From Bdellovibrionales bacterium (GTDB lineage: Bacteria; Bdellovibrionota; Bdellovibrionia; Bdellovibrionales; JAUICD01), in the NCBI GenBank assembly GCA_965262715.1, contig OZ253553.1, positions 256,001 through 320,000 on the forward strand: DNA of 64,000 nucleotides, written 5' to 3'. A program made the position numbers and the translations under genes. Positions 49,081 to 58,620 of the stretch are shown here, one piece after another. Within the stretch, counting starts at the first letter, position 1. Every line of letters begins with the position of its first letter. The notes beneath the pieces are model-generated. The model searched no databases. It saw nothing but the letters and a program-made list of their open reading frames with translations, and was not told the DNA's origin.

Positions 49081-50073
49081 TGTCTTTGCAATAAGACTTG
49101 TTGGACTGTATTTTTTGATTTGAGGGAGATCGACCCATTGCTTTTGGGTAGTATCAAAGTCAAAGTCGTCTGATTGGAAATGTTTTTTTTGCATTTGTAC
49201 ATAAATATTATGATGAGTGATGGTGTGCTTGAAATCAAAAACTTCAGGAGGGTTTTTTAGTTTTTGAATTTGTCCAGGCCATATCCATTGTCCTTTTAAA
49301 AAAGCAGAATGATGATTTTTTACTAGTAGGACTTTATTCTTATAGCGATGATGATGATAGATTAAGGGTTTCCAAAGCCATGGCTCAGGCTTACGTCGCA
49401 ATCTCATTAAAGGCACGGTTTCTATTTGATGATGTTGATAACTTTTACATGTTTTTTGTAGAGGGCAGATATGGCAATTTGGAGATTGTGGTAAGCATAC
49501 TTTTGCACCTATTTCTATAAGTGCTTGATTGATATCTGCTACTTGATTGTCTTTTGCCCATTGATCAGCAAGGGATTGAAAATGTGAACGTCCTTGTGTA
49601 GTCCACCACTTTTCTTTGATCAAATGATAACGAGCTAAAAAACGAATCACATTACCGTCTAAGACTCCTACTTTTTGCCCAAAAGTAAAACTTGCAATAG
49701 CTCTACTCGTATAAGGGCCTATTCCTGGTAGAGCGATAAGTTTTTGCCAAGCCTTTGGAAATTGACCTTTATATTTTTTAAGGATAACTTGAGCTGTTTT
49801 ATGAATATTTTTAGCTCGTGTATAATAACCTAAACCGCTCCAAGCTTCTAAAACGTCATTTTCATTGGCTATGGCAAGGCTTTGGAGTGAGGGAAATTTT
49901 TTGAAAAATGCCTCATAGTAGGGAATAACGGTCACAGAAGTTGTTTGTTGCAACATGATTTCTGAAATCCAGATTTTATAAGGGTCTAGAGCTTTTTTTT
50001 GTGTTTCTCTCCATGGCAACTTGCGTCTATTTTGAAAATACCAATTTAGGAGTAACTTTTTTTTATTCATCAC
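49057..50073 (-). CDS. mutY: A/G-specific adenine glycosylase
   Basis: WISEIMLQQT, WSGLGYY.RA, LPGIGPYT, DGNV.R, C-x6-C-x2-C-x5-C. Confidence 0.95.
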   Translation of the reverse strand: MMNKKKLLLNWYFQNRRKLPWRETQKKALDPYKIWISEIMLQQTTSVTVIPYYEAFFKKFPSLQSLAIANENDVLEAWSGLGYYTRAKNIHKTAQVILKKYKGQFPKAWQKLIALPGIGPYTSRAIASFTFGQKVGVLDGNVIRFLARYHLIKEKWWTTQGRSHFQSLADQWAKDNQVADINQALIEIGAKVCLPQSPNCHICPLQKTCKSYQHHQIETVPLMRLRRKPEPWLWKPLIYHHHRYKNKVLLVKNHHSAFLKGQWIWPGQIQKLKNPPEVFDFKHTITHHNIYVQMQKKHFQSDDFDFDTTQKQWVDLPQIKKYSPTSLIAKTLFHKKCI

Positions 50074-50294
50074 TTTTAAAAATCCAATTTATATAAAACT
50101 TTACATTATTAAAATAAATGTAATAAAGTACTTAGGTTTACGAATAGTGAAGTCTAAAAATATCCAAAATATTGATGGTTGTTACAGTTTATTTACCAAG
50201 AAACCTCTCATTTATATCTGTAAGTGTAAAGATATTTTTTGATGTTTTATTGAAGTTAATAGTCAGTTTTTATAGATCACTAAAGTAAGGTAAG

Positions 50295-50979
50295 ATGGTA
50301 GAGCATATCTCTGATCCTACACAGCTTTCTTTTGTTATGATTCTACTTTTAGGGCTTTCTTTATCTGTTCTTAGCGGTGCTGTGGGACCTTTTGTATTGG
50401 CAAGTAAGACAAGCTCCTTAATTGGTAGTGTTTCTCATGCCATATTGGCAGCTGTGGGCATTGCTGTTTATTTTGATTGGAATCAATCTCTATCAAAAAG
50501 GATATGATGGAGAAGAAATCATGCATGTTCTATTTGGCAACATAAAGCATCTTAATGAACAAGATATTGTTATTTTATGTGTAGGCAGTTTGAGTGTAGT
50601 AGGATTTGTTGTATATTATTTTAAGAAGTTTTCTAATATGGTTTTTGATCTTGGACGGTCAAAGCATCTAACACCTTCATCTCATTTGATATATTTATTT
50701 CTTTTAGGACTTATTTCCTTCACTGTGATACTGATGGTGAAATTTGTAGGGATTGTTTTGGTTTTATCTTTACTTTCTCTGCCAGCAGCAATAGCTACAC
50801 GATTGACTCAAAAAATGCATCAACAGATTTTTTATGGGATTGTTTTAGCAATGATCATGACATTTGGAGGCTTAAAATTGTCTTTTTTACTTTATTGGCC
50901 TATAGGGGCTACAATCACATTATTTAGCGGGATTTGTTATTTGCCATTTTTATTTAACAGAAAAAATAAAACTATTTGA
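50295..50979 (+). pseudogene. ZnuB/MntB-type metal ABC permease with frameshift and probable internal deletion
   Basis: SVSHAILAAVG in the first ORF; LFGNI, VGIVLV..LL..PAA in a second frame; no adjacent ATPase or binding protein. Confidence 0.75.
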
Positions 50980-51026
50980 AATATGGACATAATCATAGTA
51001 AGAATAATCTTTATAAGGATATATTT

Positions 51027-51386
51027 GTGAAAGAGATCATATCGAGATTTTATCAAGTCACCATTATTATTGTTTTTATTGTGATTTTTGTATCTTGTTC
51101 TTCATCATTAAAACAAAATAACCAAGGCTCTGCCCAAGATTCAGAAGAGCCGGCACAAGAAATGAAACCGGAATGGTTAGAATGTAAGGCAAATATGGAT
51201 TGTATAAAAGTAAAAGGTTTTTGCAAAATGCCAGCAGTGGTTCATGGAAAATACAAAGAAGCTTTTTTAGATTTTGTTAAGCAGAATAAAAATCCTATTG
51301 ATTGTAGTAGATATAAAGGTATAGATTATGATTCTATTGTAGAAGCTGCTTGTGAAAATAAGCAGTGCAAATTGATCATACCTTGA
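51027..51386 (+). CDS. Small Cys-containing lipoprotein
   Basis: IFVSC lipobox, six further Cys; start uncertain (track start 50976). Confidence 0.6.
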   Translation: MKEIISRFYQVTIIIVFIVIFVSCSSSLKQNNQGSAQDSEEPAQEMKPEWLECKANMDCIKVKGFCKMPAVVHGKYKEAFLDFVKQNKNPIDCSRYKGIDYDSIVEAACENKQCKLIIP

Positions 51387-51405
51387 TCTTAAAACTAAGT
51401 CTTTA

Positions 51406-51498
51406 TTCATAAAATTATGTAAAAGTTTCATATCTATTATGTTATTTTTTCACAATCTTGGTCCATCTGGACAACAAATGTCACTTTTTTCTAACTCT
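51406..51498 (+). repeat. Intergenic repeat family R4, copy 1
   Basis: ATGTAAAAGTTTCATATCT...TTGGTCCATCTGGACAACAAATGTCACTT also at 52531 and, diverged, at 55640. Confidence 0.9.
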
Positions 51499-51714
51499 TA
51501 TCTCAAGATTTTTGTCAGTTTGAAAAATTATTTACAATATCTTTGTTATTTTGGTATAATAAATAAAGACTTTATTGTACAAGTGTCTCCACAATGAACG
51601 ATTTTTACAGAATTGTTACTTGTAAGCTTCTGGACACCTAATAAATAAGTGGTTAGATAGGCTGGCAAGTGTTAAATTGTTGATGTTTATGCAATAATCT
51701 TATAAACGTGTGGT

Positions 51715-52002
51715 ATGAGGGATAGAGTTGATTTTTCAAAAGTAGAAAAATATCTCAAACGGTTGCCAAAAAGGATATATGAATTATTTTTTATATGGGT
51801 TGATTTTATTGAGAAAGATGGATGGGAACATACAAGGCATTTGAAGGTATATAAAGATCATACTCTCAAAGGTTTTTGGAAAGGGTTTAGGTCAGTTAGC
51901 TTAAAATGGTCTTATAGGATTATCTATCAACACCAAAAAGATGGGAAAATAAATATTATTAAAATAGAAAGGATCAGCAAGCATGACTATAAAAAAAGCT
52001 AG
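51715..52002 (+). CDS. RelE/HigB/YafQ-type mRNA interferase toxin
   Basis: DH.LKG.WKGFRS..L..SYRIIY; toxin precedes antitoxin. Confidence 0.8.
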   Translation: MRDRVDFSKVEKYLKRLPKRIYELFFIWVDFIEKDGWEHTRHLKVYKDHTLKGFWKGFRSVSLKWSYRIIYQHQKDGKINIIKIERISKHDYKKS

Positions 52003-52345
52003 GCAAACAGCATCTCAGAAACTAGCAAAAAGATATGGTCCTCTTAGAATAGGTAGTGTTTTAAGGTTACATAGACAAGGGGATAAAATCACTCAACTTA
52101 AAATGGCTAAAAAATTAGGTGTTACTCAAAAAGAACTTAGAGAGATTGAAAATAACCGATTGCTTCCATTAGTGAATTTTGTACATAAGGCTGCTTTAGT
52201 ATTTAAAAGCAGTCCTAAAAGCTTTGAGAGAATCTTAAAAGAACAAATAAAAAGAGAAAAACCAAATAAGCTTATAAAGTTTCAAGCAACAGCAACTCAA
52301 CTTTTATCAATGATTCAAGCTGTATCAAGAGATAAAACTCAATAG
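51983..52345 (+). CDS. HTH (Xre/HigA-like) antitoxin
   Basis: ITQLKMAKKLGVTQKELREIENNR; overlaps the toxin. Confidence 0.75.
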   Translation: MTIKKARQTASQKLAKRYGPLRIGSVLRLHRQGDKITQLKMAKKLGVTQKELREIENNRLLPLVNFVHKAALVFKSSPKSFERILKEQIKREKPNKLIKFQATATQLLSMIQAVSRDKTQ

Positions 52346-52530
52346 GTCATCAAAAATTCATCATTTTATTAGTTAAGAGTATTTAAAATTGAATAATCTT
52401 TCTTATTTTGAATAGAACGCTTTGTTTGCCAAAGTTGAGTTTTCCAGTTCTCTGGAATCTGGAAGTTATAGAAGTCAAGTTGGATACAAGTGCAGATAGA
52501 TTAATAAGAATCAATTCTATATAAGAATAT

Positions 52531-52612
52531 TTCGTAAAATCATGTAAAAATTTCATATCTATTATGTTGTTTTTTCACAATCTTGGTCCATCTGGACAAC
52601 AAATGTCACTTG
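52531..52612 (+). repeat. Intergenic repeat family R4, copy 2
   Basis: Near-identical to 51406-51486. Confidence 0.9.
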
Positions 52613-52713
52613 TTTTTAGTATTTACTCTCTCTCTCTTTATAAACTACTAATATCACTTATTTTTTTTACATTTCCTTAACCTTTATGATTTGTAGTTTT
52701 TGTTTATATTTTT

Positions 52714-52728
52714 TGGCATTGATTGTGC
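52714..52728 (+). promoter_or_regulatory. Putative sigma-54 (-24/-12) promoter TGGCAttgattgTGC
   Basis: GG-N10-GC spacing, ~57 nt upstream of the lipoprotein start. Confidence 0.6.
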
Positions 52729-52784
52729 ATCATTATGTTTGTTTTTACAGATGTATATGATCAATTTTTAAAAAGGAGCTTATA

Positions 52785-53642
52785 ATGAACTTTAGAAATT
52801 TTATATCAATATTTTGTGTTTTATTACACTTAACTTATTTAGCAGGATGTACTTCAAAAACAGATCAGCACGGCACATCCTCACCTCATCTTAGCATTGA
52901 TCAAGGGTTGCTGAATATTAATTCAGTAAATAACCGTCTAGTAACTCTTTGTAAAGCAGGTCAAGCCGTTGACTTTGCCCCTCCTCCTGGAACAGATCCG
53001 GTATATCTTATAGAAAATAAAGCAGGTAATGTACAGGTTGATGACTGTAACAAGTTTGAAACCCAAAAATCATATTTTGCTTTTATATATGATTTGGATG
53101 AAGATATCAACAATATCAACGATATTGAAAAAGCGAAAAACTTTAAAGTAGATGGATATGTTGTAGACCCAAGTCATCGCACAAGAATCCAAGAACTCTG
53201 TGAGTCTAATACCAATAAATTGGAAGATTACACATCTCTTGCAAAGATAGCCGCCTTTCTTGGTGTAACAACAGTCGCAGCCTCATATACAGCAGAAAGT
53301 GAAAATCCGGAATTTCAAGCAAAAATTGATGAGCTATTAAAAGATCATACAGCTGTGATGAAAATAGAATATGAATCAGTATTAAAGTCAGAATGTGCTA
53401 TTGAAACAGATATCGGAGTCGAAATGGATTTTGAGCATGCAGAAGATGAGGTTCATTTGTCAAGGATCTATTTTTATCGCAGAGGGCTTATTGGTTCTAG
53501 TATGAGTCCAATGGAGGTGAGTGTTAGTGGTGACAACTTTAATAGAGAAGCTCAATTAATAAGTGAAGATTTGGATACTTTATCCTTCACTTTTGAAATT
53601 ACACTCAAAGATAGTAATGATAAAGTGACTCCAAATTTATAA
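52785..53642 (+). CDS. Hypothetical lipoprotein
   Basis: LAGC lipobox; signal peptide shared with 57462. Confidence 0.75.
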   Translation: MNFRNFISIFCVLLHLTYLAGCTSKTDQHGTSSPHLSIDQGLLNINSVNNRLVTLCKAGQAVDFAPPPGTDPVYLIENKAGNVQVDDCNKFETQKSYFAFIYDLDEDINNINDIEKAKNFKVDGYVVDPSHRTRIQELCESNTNKLEDYTSLAKIAAFLGVTTVAASYTAESENPEFQAKIDELLKDHTAVMKIEYESVLKSECAIETDIGVEMDFEHAEDEVHLSRIYFYRRGLIGSSMSPMEVSVSGDNFNREAQLISEDLDTLSFTFEITLKDSNDKVTPNL

Positions 53643-53669
53643 TCTCTTAAGTTGTTATGAATCTAAAAG

Positions 53670-53699
53670 AAAAGGCGGTGTTTGATAGCTGCCTTTTTT
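53670..53699 (+). terminator. Rho-independent terminator within a downstream module shared with 56310-56395
   Basis: AAAAGGCGG...CTGCCTTTTTT followed by TTTCGCTGCAATA. Confidence 0.7.
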
Positions 53700-53776
53700 G
53701 TTTCGCTGCAATAAGAATCATAAACTATGAGTAAAATGTAGGAATGTTTTCTCAATAAGGCTATAAAATAATATGA

Positions 53777-53834
53777 CTTTTTAGGAGTAGATTCCGAAAT
53801 AGGCTAGTCTTTTTAGGAATGATATCCGAAATAG
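53777..53834 (+). repeat. Two 26-bp imperfect palindromic direct repeats CTTTTTAGGA-N5-TCCGAAATAG (period 32)
   Basis: Read directly; lies upstream of the ATPase remnant. Confidence 0.7.
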
Positions 53835-53844
53835 TCTTGACGGT

Positions 53845-54264
53845 TCTAAAAAAAAATAAATCACTATTAAAGCAGCCCAAATATTACTTTTATGACACGG
53901 GACTTATCAAGGATCGTGGTGCTGCATTTGAAAATCTTGTAGCTTGCAGTCTTTTAAAAGAAAATCATTTTCGTGAGATTGTTATGGTGAAACGCGAGGG
54001 CTTTATTATTTAAAGAATAAAGATCAAAGAGAGATTGACTTTCTTATGACAAAGGATCATCAACCTATTGCTATGATTGAGGCAAAATTGACCGATTCTT
54101 TTTTAAGTCCTCACTTTAAAATTTTTGCAAAACAGCTTCCTCCGAATGTTCAAAAAATCCAGCTAGTTAAAAACTTAAAGACAGAAACAACTTTCCCTGA
54201 AAAATATGAAATATGCAAGGCTTCTCGTTGGCTTTCAACAATAGAGATTAAAAATGGTTTATGA
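53845..54264 (+). pseudogene. C-terminal remnant of an AAA/DUF4143 ATPase, frameshifted
   Basis: SLLKQPKYYFYDTG...FENLVA, then REIDFL...MIEAK in another frame. Confidence 0.8.
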
Positions 54265-54599
54265 TTGAATTGGAAATCAAACAGGGAAGCTGTTTCAAAA
54301 ATAAGGTTTTATATTTTACAATTCGAGTTAAAACTCAAAGTGAACCTTTTTTAAAACCTATTTTTATTTGATTTAAGATCCGTAAAACACGACTTTGTGT
54401 CCAAGCGTTAGGACAATATCCAGCCTTAAACTTTTAAAAGTCTATTTATTTGGTGTTTTAGCCTCAAAAATATTGGCACGTATTTTGTATATATTATTTT
54501 CAGTCATCAACAATGTGATAGGTGGGAAAAAGCATGACTTGCAAAGTCATTTTTGGATGAACTTTGCAATTGATTGCGAAAGGTTAGGGGTATTTTTTA

Positions 54600-55607
54600 A
54601 TGTCAGTTCATCGCAATAACAATAATCAACAAAGGAGTTCTTTTAGAGGACATCCTCATGATTTATTTTTTAGAAGATTTTTTTCTGGTAACAAGGAGGT
54701 AATAGCATTATTAGAAACAATTTTACCTCAATCTATCTTATACCTTCTTGATCTATCTAATTTGAAGATTGAGAATAGTATTGTTGTTAAAGGTTTAGAG
54801 ATAAGAGTTGATTTAGTGTTAAATGTAAAACTTAAAAAGTCTAAAAAGAAAGCTAAGATATTTTTTATCATAGATCATAAGAGTTGGCCGGAGAGAAAAG
54901 TCATACAACAGTTACTAAAATACCAATTCATAATGATGGAGAAACATTATGATGATAAAGAAGATTTTTTATCTCCAGTTTTAACTATTATTTTCTATCA
55001 TGGTCATAAAAAATGGAATCCATCATTTTCTTTACATAAGGATTGGGTCTCTAGAGGAGTTTTTTCAAAGAAAGATTTAGGGAGAATTTCTCAATATCTT
55101 ATAAACTTCACTCCTTATTTTTTTAATTTATCTGAATTTGATATAGAAAATAATGCGATAAAGAGGATAAAGCCAATTTTATACACGTTTAAGCAGATTT
55201 GGTCTTTAAATAAGCTTAAGAGTTTGGAGGAGAAGAAAGCCGCATTATATAAGATTTTGTTATCAGTAAAAAAGGACTTACAAGGAGAGGAAAAAGAGTA
55301 TATAATAAATGTGCTATCGGGTATAAAGAGTTATCTTCTTCAATACAACCCGGAGTTAGCAAAGGGGTTATTAGATGAAGTCTCAAAAGATGTCACAGAA
55401 GAGTTAGGAGGAAAGAATATTATGTTTGATTTTATAACAGAGTTTGCTCAAAAAAACCTTCAGACAGGGAAACAAGAAGGCCTACAGGAAGGAAGGCAAG
55501 AGGTGATATTAAAGCTGCTTAAAGCTGATATGAGTGTGGAAAAGGTATCTAGAATTACTGGTTTTTCAAAAGAAAAAATCCGTAATTTTCAAAAAGACTC
55601 TAAATAA
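54600..55607 (+). CDS. Rpn/YhgA-like recombination-promoting nuclease family protein
   Basis: HPHDLFFRRFF, LDLSNLK, RVDLV, IDHKS, IIFYHG...W, G.QEG.QEG tail. Confidence 0.88.
   Translation: MSVHRNNNNQQRSSFRGHPHDLFFRRFFSGNKEVIALLETILPQSILYLLDLSNLKIENSIVVKGLEIRVDLVLNVKLKKSKKKAKIFFIIDHKSWPERKVIQQLLKYQFIMMEKHYDDKEDFLSPVLTIIFYHGHKKWNPSFSLHKDWVSRGVFSKKDLGRISQYLINFTPYFFNLSEFDIENNAIKRIKPILYTFKQIWSLNKLKSLEEKKAALYKILLSVKKDLQGEEKEYIINVLSGIKSYLLQYNPELAKGLLDEVSKDVTEELGGKNIMFDFITEFAQKNLQTGKQEGLQEGRQEVILKLLKADMSVEKVSRITGFSKEKIRNFQKDSK
55422..55607 (+). CDS. Putative intragenic small protein (RpnS-type, 61 aa)
   Basis: In-frame ATG at 55422 preceded by AGGAGG at 55406-55411. Confidence 0.55.
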   Translation: MFDFITEFAQKNLQTGKQEGLQEGRQEVILKLLKADMSVEKVSRITGFSKEKIRNFQKDSK

Positions 55608-55639
55608 AGATAAATAAAGATTTATTTTGTAAGTCACAT

Positions 55640-55732
55640 TTCATAAAACCATGTAAAAGTTTCATATCTGTTATGTTGTTTTTTCATAATTTTGGTCTGT
55701 TTGGACAGTAGGTGTCGCTTTTTTCTAACTCT
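55640..55732 (+). repeat. Intergenic repeat family R4, copy 3 (diverged)
   Basis: Aligns with 51406-51498. Confidence 0.85.
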
Positions 55733-55873
55733 CACCTTCTCTTTGTAAGTCGTTAAAGTCATTTGTCTTTTATAACTTTTATTTTTTAAGTTTTTCTTTA
55801 TATTTTTTGGTATTTATTGTACATAATCTATCACAAATAGATACAATAAATAAACTAAATAAGGAGAAAAGTT

Positions 55874-56308
55874 ATGAAGTACTTTATGAAATTTATTTTA
55901 CCTTTATTATGTGTAACTGTTTGGACTGGGTATAAAGTGTCAGCTTACCAAAATAACAATTCTTCATCTCAGACTGATAATCAGGCATCGTTAGAAATTT
56001 TTTATCAAGATGTCCGTTCTTTTTTTGATGTTGTTGATCAATCTGGTAATGCTCTATGTCGAGCTGATATTTCTAAGAGAGTTAGGACTACAGATTTATT
56101 TAGATTCTATTTAGATAAGAGTTTACTTGAACTAGCTGTTTCTAGATTTGATATTAGTCCTTCTGCAGAAATTTTTTCTATGTTGGACAGAGCTCAATAT
56201 TCTCTAGAGAGAACTATAAGTGAAATCTCATTAGAAGATGTTAGAGAAGAATTAGAGGTATTACAAGTGCAATTAGATTCTTGTCTAGAAAATGGTGTAG
56301 ATGGTTAA
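55874..56308 (+). CDS. Secreted hypothetical protein
   Basis: AAGGAG RBS; signal peptide ending VSA. Confidence 0.7.
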   Translation: MKYFMKFILPLLCVTVWTGYKVSAYQNNNSSSQTDNQASLEIFYQDVRSFFDVVDQSGNALCRADISKRVRTTDLFRFYLDKSLLELAVSRFDISPSAEIFSMLDRAQYSLERTISEISLEDVREELEVLQVQLDSCLENGVDG

Positions 56309-56334
56309 ACATCTTAAGGCTACTATAAGAATAG

Positions 56335-56363
56335 AAGGTAGTTTTTAAAAATCTACCTTTTTT
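56335..56363 (+). terminator. Rho-independent terminator
   Basis: AAGGTAG...CTACCTT plus T-tract, followed by TTTCGCTGCAATA. Confidence 0.7.
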
Positions 56364-56523
56364 ATTTCGCTGCAATAGAGATTGTGAGATACGAGTGTGT
56401 GCTATTAGATAACTTTCTTTTTAAGGACGGCCTTTTTAAGTTTTCTAATCCGTGTCTCAAGAGTTTTTTCAGATAAAGTTAATTCAATTAAAAGTTTTGT
56501 TTCTCAGATAAAAAGTTTGTAAA

Positions 56524-57024
56524 TTATTTTAATTTATAAACTTCTTTACGATGAGCAATTTTAACAATTAAGAGGCTTTGTTGCACAAATATTTGCATGT
56601 ATTAACTAGCGTCTTTGGGCAGGCTTCTTCACTAGCAGCAGGCAGCCCCCGAGCAATGAGCTTCCATTATTTTTATAATTAATTATAGAATAAAAATTCT
56701 TTTAAAATCTTTACCTCATAATGCTCTGGCCTGAGCTAGCTCACAAGCCTGCCCAAAGACGCTAATGGTAAAATCCAACGTAATAGAGTCAATATTTGTG
56801 CAACAAAACCCAATTAAGATAGATGTCCTTTCTAGTTTAAAAATAATTCTATAATGTCCTACTCTCATGTGACGACAGCCTTCAAAGCTATAGCGTAAGA
56901 GTTTACCAAAACGTATAGGGTCTTGTGCTAAGCGTTTTTCTATAGCCTGTTTGATTCTTTTTTTATCTAATTTTGGCAATTTTGGGATATCATCTGTAAT
57001 GACAGATTCTAGATATTCGTAACT
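56524..57024 (-). pseudogene. RelE/ParE toxin gene interrupted by a MITE; start codon not evident
   Basis: Removing 56574-56810 plus one TSD restores ...MRVGHYRIIF...ILIVKIAHRKEVYKLK*. Confidence 0.85.
56574..56810. mobile_element. 237-bp IS5-family/IS903-group MITE (family R3)
   Basis: TIR GG(C/T)TTTGTTGCACAAATATT; 9-bp TSD CAATTAAGA at 56565-56573 and 56811-56819. Confidence 0.9.
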
Positions 57025-57237
57025 TCAAATCGCAAGTGCAACTCTTTTGTGTTTCTGAGATAGTCGATGGTCTGCTATTTTGGAAAAATGAATATCCTCT
57101 TGAGATTCTAAGGCTTCACGAATGAGGTTTAAACTAACGGTAGATATCTTTTGCTGACGTTTGCCAGAGAGTACTTTTAAAGCTAGATAAGTGTTTTGGT
57201 CAACAGTTAAACTGATTCTTTTTTTTTGTAAGGGCAT
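57025..57237 (-). CDS. RHH-type antitoxin
   Basis: KRISLTV...LIREALE..ED..F..IA..R; directly upstream of relE. Confidence 0.7.
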   Translation of the reverse strand: MPLQKKRISLTVDQNTYLALKVLSGKRQQKISTVSLNLIREALESQEDIHFSKIADHRLSQKHKRVALAI

Positions 57238-57461
57238 TTTAAACTCCTATATACTTATAAAGATACTTGAATTTATATAAAATTTCAAATAAATTTCTCA
57301 ATAAAAAGTGAACACGAATTACCTCATAATATATGTTACCGAAGCTTGGTAATGTAATGTAATTTTGATTTTTGTTTGACTTTTTGGAATTTATTTTGTA
57401 TTAGTTGCCTATAAATGAATAGGCTGCATACATTCTATTTTTTAAGAAAAGGGGTTATGAG

Positions 57462-58607
57462 ATGAGCTTTAGAAATTTTGTGCCGATATTTTGTGTTTTA
57501 TTACATTTAACTTATTTAGTAGGATGTAGGGATGATAGTTCTACAACCTCTTCCCCAGCACCAACAACTTCTGGCGCACCTAATGAAAGTGCTACAAGTC
57601 CTCAATCAGGGCAATCATCGGCTACTGGCCAAGCAGTTGAAGATGTAAATACAGAACAACAAAGACAGCAAGAAGCTTTTTTTACTGCTGTTAGGCAAGG
57701 AGATATAGAAACTATATCAAATTATTTAAACAATGGAGGAGATGTGAATGTCACAGATGATGAAGGTAAGATGGCATTTTCTTTTTTTATACCACAACAA
57801 CAACCATTATTTCTAGATACTTACAAAGTTTTGGTCAATGAAGGAGCAGATACCATTGATGTAAATGTTCGAGAGTATGGGAATAACAGCACACCATTGT
57901 TTTTTGCCACAAGTGCAAAAGTTGTGGCAAAACTGGTAGAAAGAGGAGCAGATGTGAATGCTAAAAATGATTATGGTTCTACACCATTGCATTATCCTAG
58001 AACTGCGGAAGTTGCAAAAGCACTAATAGAAGCAGGGGTTGATATCAATGCCAAAAATAATTATGGCATAGTGCCATTTCAAAGCTATGATGATGATGTT
58101 AGAGAAGTTCTGGTAAACGAGGGAGCAGATACTATTGATGTGAATGTTCAAAATGATAACAGGACACCATTGTTTTTTGCCATGAGTGCAGAAGTTGTAG
58201 AAAAATTGATAGAAAGAGGAGCGAATAAGCTAGCTAGGGATAGAGATAACAAAAACCCATTACATTATGCCAGAAACTCAGAAGTTGTACAAGCTTTAAT
58301 AGAATCTTTTTCTTCGACATATTCTATCGAAGACTATGTTAATTTTAAAGGTTCACTTGGAGAGACAGCATTATGGAGTTTCATTTGCGAAAGACAGGGA
58401 GAGGATGATGAGAATATAGAAATAATAGAAATGGAAAAAGCAGTACAAGCTTTAATAGAAGCAGGAGCGGATGTCAATGCCACACATTCACAACATGATG
58501 ACTTAACGCGGCTGTTTGGTAGAATGTGGAGTACACCATTAGAATGTGCTGAACGTATTGGAAATGAAGAAATTGTAAGACTCTTAAAAGAAGCAGGAGC
58601 AAGATGA
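57462..58607 (+). CDS. Ankyrin-repeat lipoprotein
   Basis: LVGC lipobox, S/T/P linker, repeated TPLH/TPLF...L.E.GADVN. Confidence 0.9.
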   Translation: MSFRNFVPIFCVLLHLTYLVGCRDDSSTTSSPAPTTSGAPNESATSPQSGQSSATGQAVEDVNTEQQRQQEAFFTAVRQGDIETISNYLNNGGDVNVTDDEGKMAFSFFIPQQQPLFLDTYKVLVNEGADTIDVNVREYGNNSTPLFFATSAKVVAKLVERGADVNAKNDYGSTPLHYPRTAEVAKALIEAGVDINAKNNYGIVPFQSYDDDVREVLVNEGADTIDVNVQNDNRTPLFFAMSAEVVEKLIERGANKLARDRDNKNPLHYARNSEVVQALIESFSSTYSIEDYVNFKGSLGETALWSFICERQGEDDENIEIIEMEKAVQALIEAGADVNATHSQHDDLTRLFGRMWSTPLECAERIGNEEIVRLLKEAGAR

Positions 58608-58620
58608 TAAATCGGCTGTC

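Noticed and set aside
48414..49238. ORFs 48414-48629, 48921-49238 and 48928-49173
   Set aside because: They run across R1/R2 repeats or overlap mutY and have no recognisable protein features.
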